64,000 nt of DNA, from the IMG/VR virus record IMGVR_UViG_3300049792_000048, positions 96,001 through 160,000 of that record, one strand, 5' to 3'. This stretch comes from a virus. Lineage: Duplodnaviria > Caudoviricetes. Made by a program: the position numbers and the translations under genes. Positions 12,226 through 22,900 of this stretch are shown here, in pieces. How positions within the stretch are numbered: position 1 is the first letter of the stretch; the number at the start of each line of letters is the position of its first letter. The notes beneath the pieces are model-generated. The model was not told where the DNA came from and did not search any database. It saw only the letters and a program-made list of their open reading frames with translations.

Positions 12226-12711
12226 ATGTTGCCCGCACTACAGCTCATCGTGACCTGTACGAAGTGTCTTCGTGGGCTTCCTCGTACGCGGGAGTTCTTC
12301 CCTTCCCACAGCACAGCCAAAGATCGGATGGGGTCGTGGTGCTTGGTGTGTGCGAAAGAAGCAGGCCGTTCATGGAGAAGGAGACGCACCTGGGAGCAAA
12401 GATTGCTCAAAGCAGTGTTTGACCGACAGGTTCAGCGGTGGCCGGAAGAGGTGTTCGACCTGTCCATCCAAGTGCTCTCACAGATGCATGAGCATCAGAA
12501 TGGGCTCTGCCACTGGTATGGGGTTCCGTTCACCTACGAGACCAAATCTGGGCCCACCTTGATCTCAGTGGATCGCCTCGACAACAGTCGTGGCTACACG
12601 AAAGACAATGTGGTCCTTGCCTGCGACGCGGCGAACCGTGGTCGAAAGGACTACAGCCCCGAACAGTTCTCGCACTTCGTTGCCCAACTTCGGGCATCAA
12701 TGAGAGGATGA
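12226..12711 (+). CDS. HNH-like free-standing endonuclease
   Basis: CxxC...CxxC N-terminus; QNGLCHW...SVDRLDNSRGYTKDNVVLACDAAN; atypical codon usage. Confidence 0.75.
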   Translation: MLPALQLIVTCTKCLRGLPRTREFFPSHSTAKDRMGSWCLVCAKEAGRSWRRRRTWEQRLLKAVFDRQVQRWPEEVFDLSIQVLSQMHEHQNGLCHWYGVPFTYETKSGPTLISVDRLDNSRGYTKDNVVLACDAANRGRKDYSPEQFSHFVAQLRASMRG

Positions 12712-12715
12712 CCTC

Positions 12716-13195
12716 ATGACGATCTCTTTCATCAAGGCCAAGGACCCGGAGCAGCTTTCCCGGCTCTTGAACGGCCTCGTGCTCAGCAAGAAGAACCTGT
12801 CGCTGGGTCGTGATCTGGGCCCGCGTGCCATGCCGGGTGACCTCTACAAGCACCCAGTCGCTGGCCTCACCCTGATCTTCACGACGCCCGGGTTCACGGT
12901 GACGTTCTCGGCCAACCTCGACCTCAAGCACATCGTTGCAGAGATCAACACGGCTGCCGGCAAGGACATCGCTCACCTCATCCACTTCGATGACAATGGT
13001 GGTCAGGTGCTCGCCATCTGGGACGACACCACCCCGGTCGTCATGCTCAGCACGGGTACGGCCAACACGTACTTCGGATTTTCGACCACCGTGGCTGACC
13101 CACACCTCACGCAGACGGCGACCGACCCCGACAACATCGTCGCGATCGTCGTCGAGATTCTCAGCCGTCAGTACGTCGCCTTCATCAAGGGGTGA
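12716..13195 (+). CDS. Virion structural protein, paralog of fibre N-terminal domain
   Basis: LYKHPVAGLTL...LDLK.IV..IN...WDD.TPV...TGTAN.YFGFSTT shared with 25458..29321. Confidence 0.7.
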   Translation: MTISFIKAKDPEQLSRLLNGLVLSKKNLSLGRDLGPRAMPGDLYKHPVAGLTLIFTTPGFTVTFSANLDLKHIVAEINTAAGKDIAHLIHFDDNGGQVLAIWDDTTPVVMLSTGTANTYFGFSTTVADPHLTQTATDPDNIVAIVVEILSRQYVAFIKG

Positions 13196-13200
13196 GCATC

Positions 13201-15693
13201 ATGAGCCACGACCTCGACAAGACCTTGCTCTCGACCTTCAAGCCGACGAACCCCATCGGGTTCATCGACGGCTCATTCTTCATCGCGGGGATGAAGAAGA
13301 TGGCGGAGGGCGAGATGCCCGAAGCCGGTGCAGCCGAGGGCCCTTTCCTCGTGCCTCTCCCGCAGGCCGTCGAACTCATCGCACAGATGGTCTCGAACGA
13401 GTTCAAGACGCAGACGTACTACGTCTACTACGCGAACATGCTTCGTGGCCTCTCTCACGAGGGGATCGCGGAGGAGTTCATGGAGCATGCGGGGCACGAG
13501 CTCGAACATGCCGACTACCTGCTGCGGCGCATGAGTGTGCTGTCGCCGGGCGGCGTCTCGATCCCGCCCTACCCGCCGCCCGAGCCGCTGCACGACCCGA
13601 ATGAGATCGTGCAAGCGATGATCGTCGTCGAACAGATGGGCCTCACGCTGTGGAAGCAGCTCCACAGCATCTGTGGCGAGAACCCGATGAAGTTCACCAT
13701 CGAGCAGTTCCTCCAGCGCGAGGAGGAGCACCAGGATGAGCTCTGGCAGCTCGTCGAGCCCGCGGGCTTGCCTGCCATGCCCGTGGCTGAAGCTCCGGCT
13801 CCGACTGAGCAGTCCGCCGAAGGTCAGCCGGCATCGACGAAGGTGCAGGTCGAAACGACTCCGTCCGAGCCGAAGCAGGCAGCGGTCGCCACGTACGACG
13901 AGCTTCGTCGTGCAGGCCTCGATCCCAGCAAGAGCAAGAAGGCCGCCGACCTCACCGCTGGTGCCCGGTCCGAGATCAAAGACGACAACTTCGTGTTCCC
14001 TGCGGAACGCAAGTACCCCATCCACGACAAGGACCACGCCCTTGCCGCTCTTGGGATGGTCGGCATGCACGGCACGTCCGATGAGAAGTCGAAGGTGCGT
14101 GCAGCCGTCGAGAAGAAGTTCCCCGGCATCCACGAGCACGAGAAGAAGGCGGCGATGAAGGGCTTCCTCCAGAAGCGTATCGCCGACCTCAACAAGGACA
14201 TGGATGCAATCCACCACAAGGACCAGGTCCGTGTGGAGTTCGTGCCGCAGTCGCCCGCCGCACTTCGTGCACAGAAGCCGGACGTTCAGAAGAAGACCGA
14301 CAACGCGAAGTCGCCGAAGGACGTCTCGATCAAGCCGGTAGGTGCTCCGATCTCGCTGGTCGACCTCATCGAGAAGGGGAAGTCCGCTGCATATGTCGGC
14401 GGTGCGGTGCTCCCGAACAGCACCGACTTCTTCAAGAAGCACAAGGAGAACGAGAAGAAGTCGGACATGGTGATGCCCGATGCCGATTCTCCCGAAGCGT
14501 ACATCGAGCGTGAACAGCAGCTCGGTGCGCAGCAGGCGATGGCCGAAGCCTCGCACGCCAAGACCGTCGCGATGCAGGCCTCACAGGCGGCTCAGCAGGC
14601 GCAGGCAGAAGCTCAGGCTGCTCAGCAACAGCTCATGCAGGCCCAGCAGCAGGTCGAGCAGCTCACGCAGCAGTCCCAGATGGACTCGCAGCAGGCAATG
14701 ATGGCGACGCAGCAGGCTTCGGAAGCGGAAGGCCGTGCTGCCGATCACTCGATCCAGAAGATGCAGCTCGGCATGCGCGTCAACCAGATGCGGCAGGAGC
14801 TCGCCAACTTCGTGATGCAGGACCCGGTCGCCGAGTCCGCAGCCACGGTCAGTGACCTCGCCGCTCAGGGCATGCCGGCCACTCCCCAGCAGCAGGCGGA
14901 GGCCGAGGTTGCCGCACAGACCGGGGTCGCTCCTGGTCAAGAAGGAGCCCCCGGGCAAGATTCCCAGGATTCTGCGCCAGGGGGTCAGGAACAGGCCGCA
15001 GGAGGCCAGGAACAGCCCTCCGGTGGTGAGGCCAAGGGCGACGACAAGGGCGGCAAGCCTGGTACTCACGTCACCGTGAAGACTTCGGTCGACGTCGCGA
15101 CGATCGTGGGCAAGCGTGGTATCCGCGGTGCCGTCGGCGCTGCTGCGGCTCCCGCGGCTGGGGGTCTTGGTGCCCTCATCCAGAAGGCTCGTCCGTATCT
15201 GCCCGCAGCAGGTGCAGCGGCTGGTGGTCTCGCTCTCGCGGGTGGGGCCATGGCGAGCCGTGACAAGAGCGCGGGGGTCGTCGACTCCGTGGGTCGTGCG
15301 ACCGGACGCAGCATCGCTCACGGTATGGGTGAGGCGGCGACCGAGGCGTTCGCGAAGCACGCACCCAATGCAGGTGCGGCTGCTCTCGCCGGCGGAGGCA
15401 TCCTCGCTGCTCACAGCATGCATGCTCGCTCTCAGCGCAAGTCCGACATGGCGGACTCGGTCGCCGAGGGGATCCGTCGTGCGAAGACGGGTTCTCATGG
15501 TGACACCGCTGAGCGTGCGGTGAACGCTGCCATCAACCACGGTGTCGGATCCGCCCAGCGCGGTGTCCACGCCCTCGGTCCGCATCTTCGTGACCACATG
15601 CCCGCGTTCGTCGCTGGCCTCGGCACCGGCATCCTCGGCACGAAGGTGCTGTCGTCGCCTCCTCCCATCGACCCGTCGCAACAGCAGTACTGA
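13201..15693 (+). CDS. Multimodular head protein: ferritin-like domain, RKYPIHD domain, Gln/Ala coiled coil, Gly-rich hydrophobic peptides
   Basis: E..Y..Y, EHAGHELEHADYL and EEEHQDEL ferritin-like motifs; FPAERKYPIHDKDHA; modules separated by K-x-A/S/G. Confidence 0.7.
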   Translation: MSHDLDKTLLSTFKPTNPIGFIDGSFFIAGMKKMAEGEMPEAGAAEGPFLVPLPQAVELIAQMVSNEFKTQTYYVYYANMLRGLSHEGIAEEFMEHAGHELEHADYLLRRMSVLSPGGVSIPPYPPPEPLHDPNEIVQAMIVVEQMGLTLWKQLHSICGENPMKFTIEQFLQREEEHQDELWQLVEPAGLPAMPVAEAPAPTEQSAEGQPASTKVQVETTPSEPKQAAVATYDELRRAGLDPSKSKKAADLTAGARSEIKDDNFVFPAERKYPIHDKDHALAALGMVGMHGTSDEKSKVRAAVEKKFPGIHEHEKKAAMKGFLQKRIADLNKDMDAIHHKDQVRVEFVPQSPAALRAQKPDVQKKTDNAKSPKDVSIKPVGAPISLVDLIEKGKSAAYVGGAVLPNSTDFFKKHKENEKKSDMVMPDADSPEAYIEREQQLGAQQAMAEASHAKTVAMQASQAAQQAQAEAQAAQQQLMQAQQQVEQLTQQSQMDSQQAMMATQQASEAEGRAADHSIQKMQLGMRVNQMRQELANFVMQDPVAESAATVSDLAAQGMPATPQQQAEAEVAAQTGVAPGQEGAPGQDSQDSAPGGQEQAAGGQEQPSGGEAKGDDKGGKPGTHVTVKTSVDVATIVGKRGIRGAVGAAAAPAAGGLGALIQKARPYLPAAGAAAGGLALAGGAMASRDKSAGVVDSVGRATGRSIAHGMGEAATEAFAKHAPNAGAAALAGGGILAAHSMHARSQRKSDMADSVAEGIRRAKTGSHGDTAERAVNAAINHGVGSAQRGVHALGPHLRDHMPAFVAGLGTGILGTKVLSSPPPIDPSQQQY

Positions 15694-15702
15694 GGAGCAA
15701 AC

Positions 15703-16635
15703 ATGGATCAGCTCAACAAGTTCTTGATCGACACATTCGGCGGCACCAAGTTGGCCTCGGCCACTCCGATCGAGGCAGTCGAGCCGAACGAGTACGATCG
15801 CATCGCGTTCAAGCGTGCCTTCCTGGACGGCTGCGTCGACGAAAAGTTCCTCGCATCGTTCGAGGGGACTCCTCTCGCTCCGCAGGCGATCGCTCTGTGT
15901 GAGCAGGAGCTCGCAATGGAGCAGGCTCAGCTCCAGGCTCGCATGGCTCGTGACGCGCAGAACGCCGCCTTCGACTACACGAAGGAGTGCAACGAACGCG
16001 AGGGCATGAGGCTCCAGAAGCTTCAGCTCACCATCCAGCTTCACAAGATGAAGACGATGGGCGTCGGCGCTCCGACTCCTCCGGGCCAGGCCGTGATTGG
16101 TACGCCCGATCCTGCGGCTGCTGCGATGGCTGCTCCGCCCGAGCTGGGTGGGGGTGCCGAAGGTGGGGCTCCGGTGCAGGAGCCCGCTGGTGGCAAGCTC
16201 GCCGCTCTCATGACGAAGGTCGCCGAGAAGAAGAACAAGGCGAAGGACGAGATGATCAGTCGAGGCCGTCGTGCCAGCACGGGCGCGACCATCGGCAACG
16301 TCCTGGGCTCCCCAGTCTTCAGCCAGGAGTTCACTCCCGGCTCGATGATCGGCTCCGTGATCGGTGGCGGCATCGGTGGCGCTGTGGCTGACGGTGGCCG
16401 TGGCGCCCTCATGGGAGCGGCGGGTGCGGGCGGTGGCGCAGCGATGGGGGCCCTCGCCGGGCATGGTGTCGCGAAGGCTCTCAAGCTCCGTGACCCCGGC
16501 CTCGCTCGTGGACTCGGCTCCCTGATGGGTGCGACATATGGAGCTCCGATCGCCGTCGAAGGCGGACGTGCAATCGCCGAGGCGCAGAAGCGCGCCAGTC
16601 TCTCCGAGCTCATCCAGTTCTCGCTGGGGAAGTGA
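15703..16635 (+). CDS. Head-module protein with C-terminal glycine zipper
   Basis: GAGGAG RBS; TKLAS, GKLAA, TKVAE, QKRAS; GxxxG-rich C-terminus. Confidence 0.6.
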   Translation: MDQLNKFLIDTFGGTKLASATPIEAVEPNEYDRIAFKRAFLDGCVDEKFLASFEGTPLAPQAIALCEQELAMEQAQLQARMARDAQNAAFDYTKECNEREGMRLQKLQLTIQLHKMKTMGVGAPTPPGQAVIGTPDPAAAAMAAPPELGGGAEGGAPVQEPAGGKLAALMTKVAEKKNKAKDEMISRGRRASTGATIGNVLGSPVFSQEFTPGSMIGSVIGGGIGGAVADGGRGALMGAAGAGGGAAMGALAGHGVAKALKLRDPGLARGLGSLMGATYGAPIAVEGGRAIAEAQKRASLSELIQFSLGK

Positions 16636-17384
16636 TGTTCGACCTCGACCTCATCGTGAAGGCAGCAGCGGTGGCCGTACGTCCTCATGTACGGCGTGCG
16701 CCGGGGACTGTCGTCGGCAAGGTCAAGAAGTCAGGACTAATGAGCACCATCGGTCTCGAAGCAGGTCAGGTCGGCAAGCATGTCAACCAGGCCGCCCGCA
16801 TCGCACAGCAAGGTGCAGATCCTGTTCGTCGTGCAGCGGTGGCTGAGCTCGCCGGCTACTACAAGAACTTGGGCACCTCCGCAGGAACGCAAGCAGCTCA
16901 GCACTCCATGACGATGGCTGCGCAGAAGGCGCAGACGGCTGTCCCGCAGATGGCGAATGTGGTCGCCAAGAAGACGCCCACGATGGCCTTCTCACAGGGG
17001 TCCGTTCTTCAGCACGCCGCTCAGCAGCTCGGTCCCCAGAAGGTGATCGCTGGCGCTGTGCAGCATGGAGCTCCCGTCATCGGAAGCGCCAGTGTGCTGG
17101 ATCATCTTTCGCAGATGCCCTTCGGCAAGTTGGCTCATGCCCTCGAACGCGGGTACGCACCGTCGCTCCCGAAGGGAGTTGATGTCTCGATGGGCCGGAT
17201 GAAGAACCAGCCCCAGTCCGAAGCCGGCTACGGCACTCCCGATACGCTCAGCGCGGCCAACCCGAAGAAGCCGAAGCCGAAGCGCACACGTGACGGCATC
17301 ACTGTCGCGGAGCTCCTCGATCAGCTTGCTCAGCAGGCAGGACTGTTCCCCAAGCCGAACAAGACCACGGGATCTTCTCACTGA
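16632..17384 (+). CDS. Ala/Gln-rich virion-module protein
   Basis: Coupled to both neighbours; VKAAA, GKLAH. Confidence 0.55.
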   Translation: MMFDLDLIVKAAAVAVRPHVRRAPGTVVGKVKKSGLMSTIGLEAGQVGKHVNQAARIAQQGADPVRRAAVAELAGYYKNLGTSAGTQAAQHSMTMAAQKAQTAVPQMANVVAKKTPTMAFSQGSVLQHAAQQLGPQKVIAGAVQHGAPVIGSASVLDHLSQMPFGKLAHALERGYAPSLPKGVDVSMGRMKNQPQSEAGYGTPDTLSAANPKKPKPKRTRDGITVAELLDQLAQQAGLFPKPNKTTGSSH

Positions 17385-18295
17385 TGCCTGTCGCTCTGAA
17401 GATCGAGCGCCTTCGAGTGCGGTCTTTGGACGTCGCGCTCATGGAAGTGACGTGGGAAACGAGTGTCACTGACGTCGAGGTACTGGACTACACCTTCCAG
17501 GTGTTCCGCTCCGAGAGTGGTGAGGGCCCCTTCGATCCGATCAGCGAAGAGTTCGAGGACCGTTTCATCTTCGTCGACCGTCGAGTTCCCACGGCCTACA
17601 AGTTCCGTCAGTTCTGGTACCAACTTCGTGTTCGTCACAAGGCGAGTGACGAGACTGCAATCTTCGGTCCGATCATCCAGGAGGCAGAGCCTGATCTCAT
17701 TGCACAGGCGATTCGCCGGCTGGAACAGACAGCCTTCACGCAGGTCATCGGCCGCATGTGCTGGCTGTTCCCGCGGCGCACCTTCGGGATGCGCTGCAAG
17801 AACTGCTGGGACCCCAAGCTCTCGGCAAAGAAGCGTTCAAACTGCATCTCTTGTTACGACACCAGCTTCGTCAGGGGTTATCTCAACCCCATCGAGGTGT
17901 GGGTGCAGATCGATCCGGTGGGTAAGGCCGTCCAGCTCCAGTCGTTGCAGAAGAACCAGGACCAGATGACGACGGCCCGCATGACCTTCTACCCCGTGGT
18001 GAAGGTCGGGGACGTCCTCACCGAGCTGGAGAACCAGCGTTGGCGTGTCGTGAACGTCATGACCTCGGAAAGGCTTCGAGCTCCCATCAAGCAGGAGCTC
18101 ACTCTTCGCGCAATCATGCCGACCGACGTAGAATACAAGTTGCCACTCGATCTTCAGTCGCCACTGAAAGACATCCAAGCAAGTCCGGGTCGGATGTTCA
18201 CGAACCCGCACAACTTCAACAACACGATCGATGAGAAGACACCGAACGTGTTCGCCTACTACGACACCACCCCTATCGACCCGAACGAGAGCTGA
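17384..18295 (+). CDS. Putative head-closure/neck protein with Zn finger
   Basis: RCKNCWD...NCISCYDTSFVRGY; beta-rich N-terminus; lies between head and tail genes. Confidence 0.6.
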   Translation: MPVALKIERLRVRSLDVALMEVTWETSVTDVEVLDYTFQVFRSESGEGPFDPISEEFEDRFIFVDRRVPTAYKFRQFWYQLRVRHKASDETAIFGPIIQEAEPDLIAQAIRRLEQTAFTQVIGRMCWLFPRRTFGMRCKNCWDPKLSAKKRSNCISCYDTSFVRGYLNPIEVWVQIDPVGKAVQLQSLQKNQDQMTTARMTFYPVVKVGDVLTELENQRWRVVNVMTSERLRAPIKQELTLRAIMPTDVEYKLPLDLQSPLKDIQASPGRMFTNPHNFNNTIDEKTPNVFAYYDTTPIDPNES

Positions 18296-18302
18296 GGACA
18301 CG

Positions 18303-18620
18303 ATGAAGAAGCTATCCACTTTCGACGGTGCCGTCCTCGCGGCCATGGGCGACGAGCTCGCCCACATCAAGACCGCCATCAACCTGGCTCCCGTGGGCAA
18401 CATGCTCGGGGCGCTCGGCTCGAAGGCGCTCACCGGGGCGACCACACTCGCCGGTCGGGCGTCGCCGGCGATCGGTCAGGCCGTGAGCGGTGGACTCCTT
18501 CGTGCTGGCCAGGCGGTCGGTGGTGGCGCCAACCTCTCGAAGCTCGTGGGCGGTGGTCTTGCCGGTGCCGGAGCTCTCGCAGCGGGCTCGGCCCTCGGCG
18601 GTGGGCAGCGGAGATACTGA
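18303..18620 (+). CDS. Small glycine-zipper protein
   Basis: GAGGA RBS; DELAHIKTA followed by Gly/Ala/Leu-rich segments. Confidence 0.6.
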   Translation: MKKLSTFDGAVLAAMGDELAHIKTAINLAPVGNMLGALGSKALTGATTLAGRASPAIGQAVSGGLLRAGQAVGGGANLSKLVGGGLAGAGALAAGSALGGGQRRY

Positions 18621-18621
18621 G

Positions 18622-19089
18622 ATGACGACCGCGCTCTCTATGCGTGCAATGCACGCGGAGCTCACGAAGCTCGGCACCGAGGGTCACGGGTCTTCACCGC
18701 ACAACTACGAGGAGATGGACACCGCGAAGTGGAAGCAGGTCTTGAAGGACTTGCCTCTCGCCATCCTCGGTACTGCTGGTGGCTACGCCATCGGACGAAC
18801 CGGTGCGGAGTATCTGGCACCTCACATCTTCAACACACCTGCCTCGCAAGAGGGACTCAAGAAGATGTTGCCTGCGGCCGTCGCAGCTACGGGCGGTCTC
18901 GGTACATACCTGCTGTCGATGCAGCGCAACAAGATGAAGGAGCGTCGTGATGCCGCTTCTCGTGAAGCCAGCGGGACCAAGAACGAACAGGAAACTCCCT
19001 CGAAGTTGAGCGGAGCTCCGACCCCGATGATCCAAGCACGTCGCCAGGACCCCTGGCGTGAGGACACCCGCTACAAGATCTTCCGATGA
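18622..19089 (+). CDS. Small protein with two Gly-rich hydrophobic segments
   Basis: GGAG RBS; ELTKLG leader; LAILGTAGGYAIG and AVAATGGLGTYLL. Confidence 0.6.
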   Translation: MTTALSMRAMHAELTKLGTEGHGSSPHNYEEMDTAKWKQVLKDLPLAILGTAGGYAIGRTGAEYLAPHIFNTPASQEGLKKMLPAAVAATGGLGTYLLSMQRNKMKERRDAASREASGTKNEQETPSKLSGAPTPMIQARRQDPWREDTRYKIFR

Positions 19090-19925
19090 CGATTCTGGGT
19101 GCACAGACTCCCGAGGGGCAGCCCTCGGAGGAAACCATCGGCCCGCTGGTAGGCATCCAGCGCGTGGTGGTGGAGTTCGTCCGCGGTCTGTTCGCCCAAT
19201 GCCCTCTCGGCGCCTATCACTGGGAGGCGAGCTCGGGAACCTCACAGGACCAGGAGGGCTCAGACATCTGGATTGGCACGGAGAACCCTGTCGATCCTGA
19301 GATGGTGGCGAACCGTCCTGCCATCACCATCGGTCGTGGTCCGGCAGCCTTCCATGGCGTCGGACTTGGTGATCAGGCGTACATCGATGTGAAGACCGGG
19401 GCTCACGTCAAGATGGACATGATCCCCACGACGGTGAACATCAACATCCTGTCTCGGAACAAGTTCGAGGCGGAGTCTCTTGCCTGGTTCGTCGCCGAGA
19501 ACATCTGGAATCTGCGCAACGAGCTCATGCGCGGGAACACTTTCATTCTGTACATGGGGCAGCGGCCATCGCTGTCTCCTCCTACGCCAGCAGGGGCTCT
19601 GATCTCCGGGCCTGATTCAGAAGAGAACTGGATCGCTGTCACCATCAACATGCCCGTCTACCTTCAGCACATGACGGTAGCGGTTCCGTTGAACAAGCCG
19701 GTGCTTCGTGAAGTGGCCACTGTCGTAACAGCGTCAGGACCTCGTCAGAAGCTTCGCCCCCGTCGAGCCCTGGTGGGCACTACGGTGTTGTCGGAAGAGC
19801 CGGTGAAGGTCCCGTCTCGTCCGGTTTCGCCCGTGCTATCGAAAGAAGCACCCGCGACCCTTCCCCAAAATGGCCTGTCCGAGGCACAATCGTCGGAGCC
19901 TCTGACGGTCCGCTTCAAGACCTGA
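19086..19925 (+). CDS. Putative tail completion/terminator protein
   Basis: Directly precedes sheath gene; RPAITIGRG motif; positional inference. Confidence 0.5.
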   Translation: MTILGAQTPEGQPSEETIGPLVGIQRVVVEFVRGLFAQCPLGAYHWEASSGTSQDQEGSDIWIGTENPVDPEMVANRPAITIGRGPAAFHGVGLGDQAYIDVKTGAHVKMDMIPTTVNINILSRNKFEAESLAWFVAENIWNLRNELMRGNTFILYMGQRPSLSPPTPAGALISGPDSEENWIAVTINMPVYLQHMTVAVPLNKPVLREVATVVTASGPRQKLRPRRALVGTTVLSEEPVKVPSRPVSPVLSKEAPATLPQNGLSEAQSSEPLTVRFKT

Positions 19926-19941
19926 GAAGGAGATTCTCGCG

Positions 19942-22900
19942 ATGACCACTCCGAACATGCTTCCCCGGCCGGGCGTCAAGGTTTTCACCGAGTTCCGGAA
20001 CGTCAACCCCACGATCTTCAAGCCCCAGATGCCCGCCTGCGTGATGGGCGTGGCGAAGGAGGTCGTGCAGGCTGTCCTGGACGACGGTACGCTGAACAGC
20101 CAAGCGCTGCTCGCGCTGCCGGCTCGGATCGAGTTCCCGTACGTCTCGACGCCGTTTCAGTACGCGACGCTTGGAGGCCTCACCCTCCAGCTCAGCGTGA
20201 ACAACGGCCCCACCCAGACCATCACGTTCCCGGGCTCGCCGGCGAACCCGACGGTCGCGGAGGTGAAGGCGTACATCGACTCGCTCGACATCGTCGGGCT
20301 ACTCGTCGACATCGAGACGAGCGGTGCGCAGCAGCGCATCGTTTTGCGTACGGTCGCCACGGGCCCGTTCGCGACGCTTTCGATCATGGGCGGCACCAGC
20401 CTCACCGTGCTGAACCTGCGCGCTGGCGGGTACACGGAGACGGGTCGCGGCGGCTACAACAACTTCTACTCGGTCGACCTCGGCCTGGGGAACTACCCGA
20501 ACCCGCGCAGCAACCTCGACGAGCTCACGCTCGACTACACGACGGTGCGTGTGTTCGCCGCGATCGGCGGAGGCGCTTTCGTCGAGGTCAGCCGCACGAG
20601 CACGTTCATGCGTGGTGCGACGTCCGCGGTCAGCGTCTTCGATGACGGTGATGGCGACAACCTCTCGCCGTACCTCACGTTCGCCGGCCAGAACTTCACC
20701 GATGGCGCTGCGGTCCTCACCGGCACCGTCGATCTGTCGGGTACGTTCGGAGCCCTGAACGGCACGAGCGCGATCTTCTCGAAGGATGGCGCCGGAGCCA
20801 TCACCACGAACTTCTCGGCTGCGGCCAGCGCTGCGGACATCGTCTCGCAGATCAACGCCGCGTTCGGTTCGACCGTCGCATCGCTCGGCACGAGCAACCA
20901 TCTCGTCCTCACGTCCGGCACGACTGGTCCGGGCTCGTCGTTCGAGCGCACGGGTGGCTCCGCGACATCGGGCAACCTCGGTCTCGCCATCGGCGATTAC
21001 GCCGCGGGTCGCCGCAGTCGTGCTCGTACGCAGGGCAGCGTCGATCTCACGGGCCTCACGTACGGCGCTGGTGGCCCGTTCGCGACGCCTGGCCGCTCGC
21101 TCATCATGAGCGTGGATGGCGAGGCCGAGCAGACGCTCATCATCGGTCCCACGATCGCCAACGCTGCGGCTCTCGTGACGGCCATCAACACGAAGTGGCA
21201 GGTGCCCGCAGGCAATGCCATCGCGTCGCTGAACGGCGGCAACAAGCTCGTGCTTCGCTCGCCCAACACTCAGGGTGGTGAGGAGAGCGTCCTCCGTATC
21301 AACTCGCTCTCGACGGCGATCGCCACGCTCGGTATCACTGCGGGTCGCTACGCTGGCAATGCGTACGCCCCGGCTGTGGGCGATGAAGTCTTCGGCAACG
21401 GCATCCGCCTCGGCCTCATCACGGAGGTCGCTCCCGCTGGCGTGGTGACGCGCCTCCGCCTCGACACGGAGTACCTGCTGACCGCGACGTGGGTCAACTT
21501 CTACATCCGTGCGCTCGACCTCACGGGCCCCCAGACTTCGACTCGCCCGAGTGCTGACCTCCAGGTCGACGCGACCTCGGGCGAGATCATCGTCAAGCAC
21601 GAAACCTTCCGTGCTCCTGATGGCACGCCGACGGCCGCGGTCGACCTGGGGGTCTACCTCGGGTACACGGCGCTTCGTCGCGATGTGTCGGCAGCCGGCA
21701 CCAACAGCAACCTCCTCCGCATCGGTGACCTCACCACGCTGGAGTCGAAGCTGTCGCCCATCAGCCCCGAGAACCCCCTGGGCCTCGGTATGTACTTCGC
21801 GATGCTCAGCGCTCCGGGCCTGGAATCGTTCGGCCTGGGCATCGGCGAGGCGACCACCACGGAGCCGTTCGGCACGCTCGGAGCATGGGCGGAGGCCTAC
21901 ACGTTCATCGAGTCGAAGGACGTGTACGCGATCGCGCAGCTCACCCACGACCTCACGGTCTCGGACCTCGCGGATGCTCACGTCACGGCGATGAGCGATC
22001 CCGAGGTCGGTCTCGAACGTGTCGTGTTCAACAACCCGACGCGTCCGGAGCGCACGGCGAACGAACTCATCGGCTCGGGCTCGCTCGGCAACAGCACGGG
22101 TGGCGTCTCGACGTTCGACACGGGTCTGGCGAACCTGCCGGCTCTGCTCGCTGCGGCTGGCCACCCGGCCCCGCCGTACGACATCGACGACCGCATCGTC
22201 CTCAAGCTGGAGGACGACACCAACAACTACCTCATCACTGGGGTGGCCGGCTCGCTCGTCACAGTCAGCACGGGAGCTCTCGCTGCTGGCACCGACGAGG
22301 ACAACGCCGACGGGTTCTACTTCGACGGCAGCTCGCCGGCGTTCGCCAACCCGATCGTCGACCGCCCCTTCTCGATCTTCATCCGTGGCACCGTGCTCGC
22401 GGACCTGACCGAGGAAGCGATCGCATACGCCGCGATCCCGCAGGGCTACAAGAACCGCCGCATGATCTTCGTCACGCCCGACAAGGCGAAGGCGACCATC
22501 GACGGTCTGGAGCAGGAGATCGAGGGCTTCTATGTCTGCGCCGCGCTCGCGGGCAAGACGGCGTCGAAGCTCCCGGCCGACCCGATGACCAACGTCGGCA
22601 TCAAGGGCTTCACCGGCCTCATCGGTGCGAGCGATCGCTACGGTGAGATCCAGTACCGCATCATGGACGGGGGTGGCCTTTGGAACATGTTCCAGGAGAC
22701 CGCGGGCCAATCCATCCAGACCCGCCACCAGCTCACGTCGGACGTCGACACGATCGAGCAGCGCGAGTTCTCGATCCTGACGGCGCTCGACTTCACGGCG
22801 AAGTTCCTCCGCGGCGGTCTGCGGAACTACATCGGCCGGTTCAACATCACGCAGAACCTCCAGAGCTCGATCAGCACGGCGCTGGACGGCCTCGGGAACT

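Noticed and set aside
14500-14730. CAG-rich tandem repeat
   Set aside because: Explained by Gln/Ala coiled-coil coding in 13201..15693
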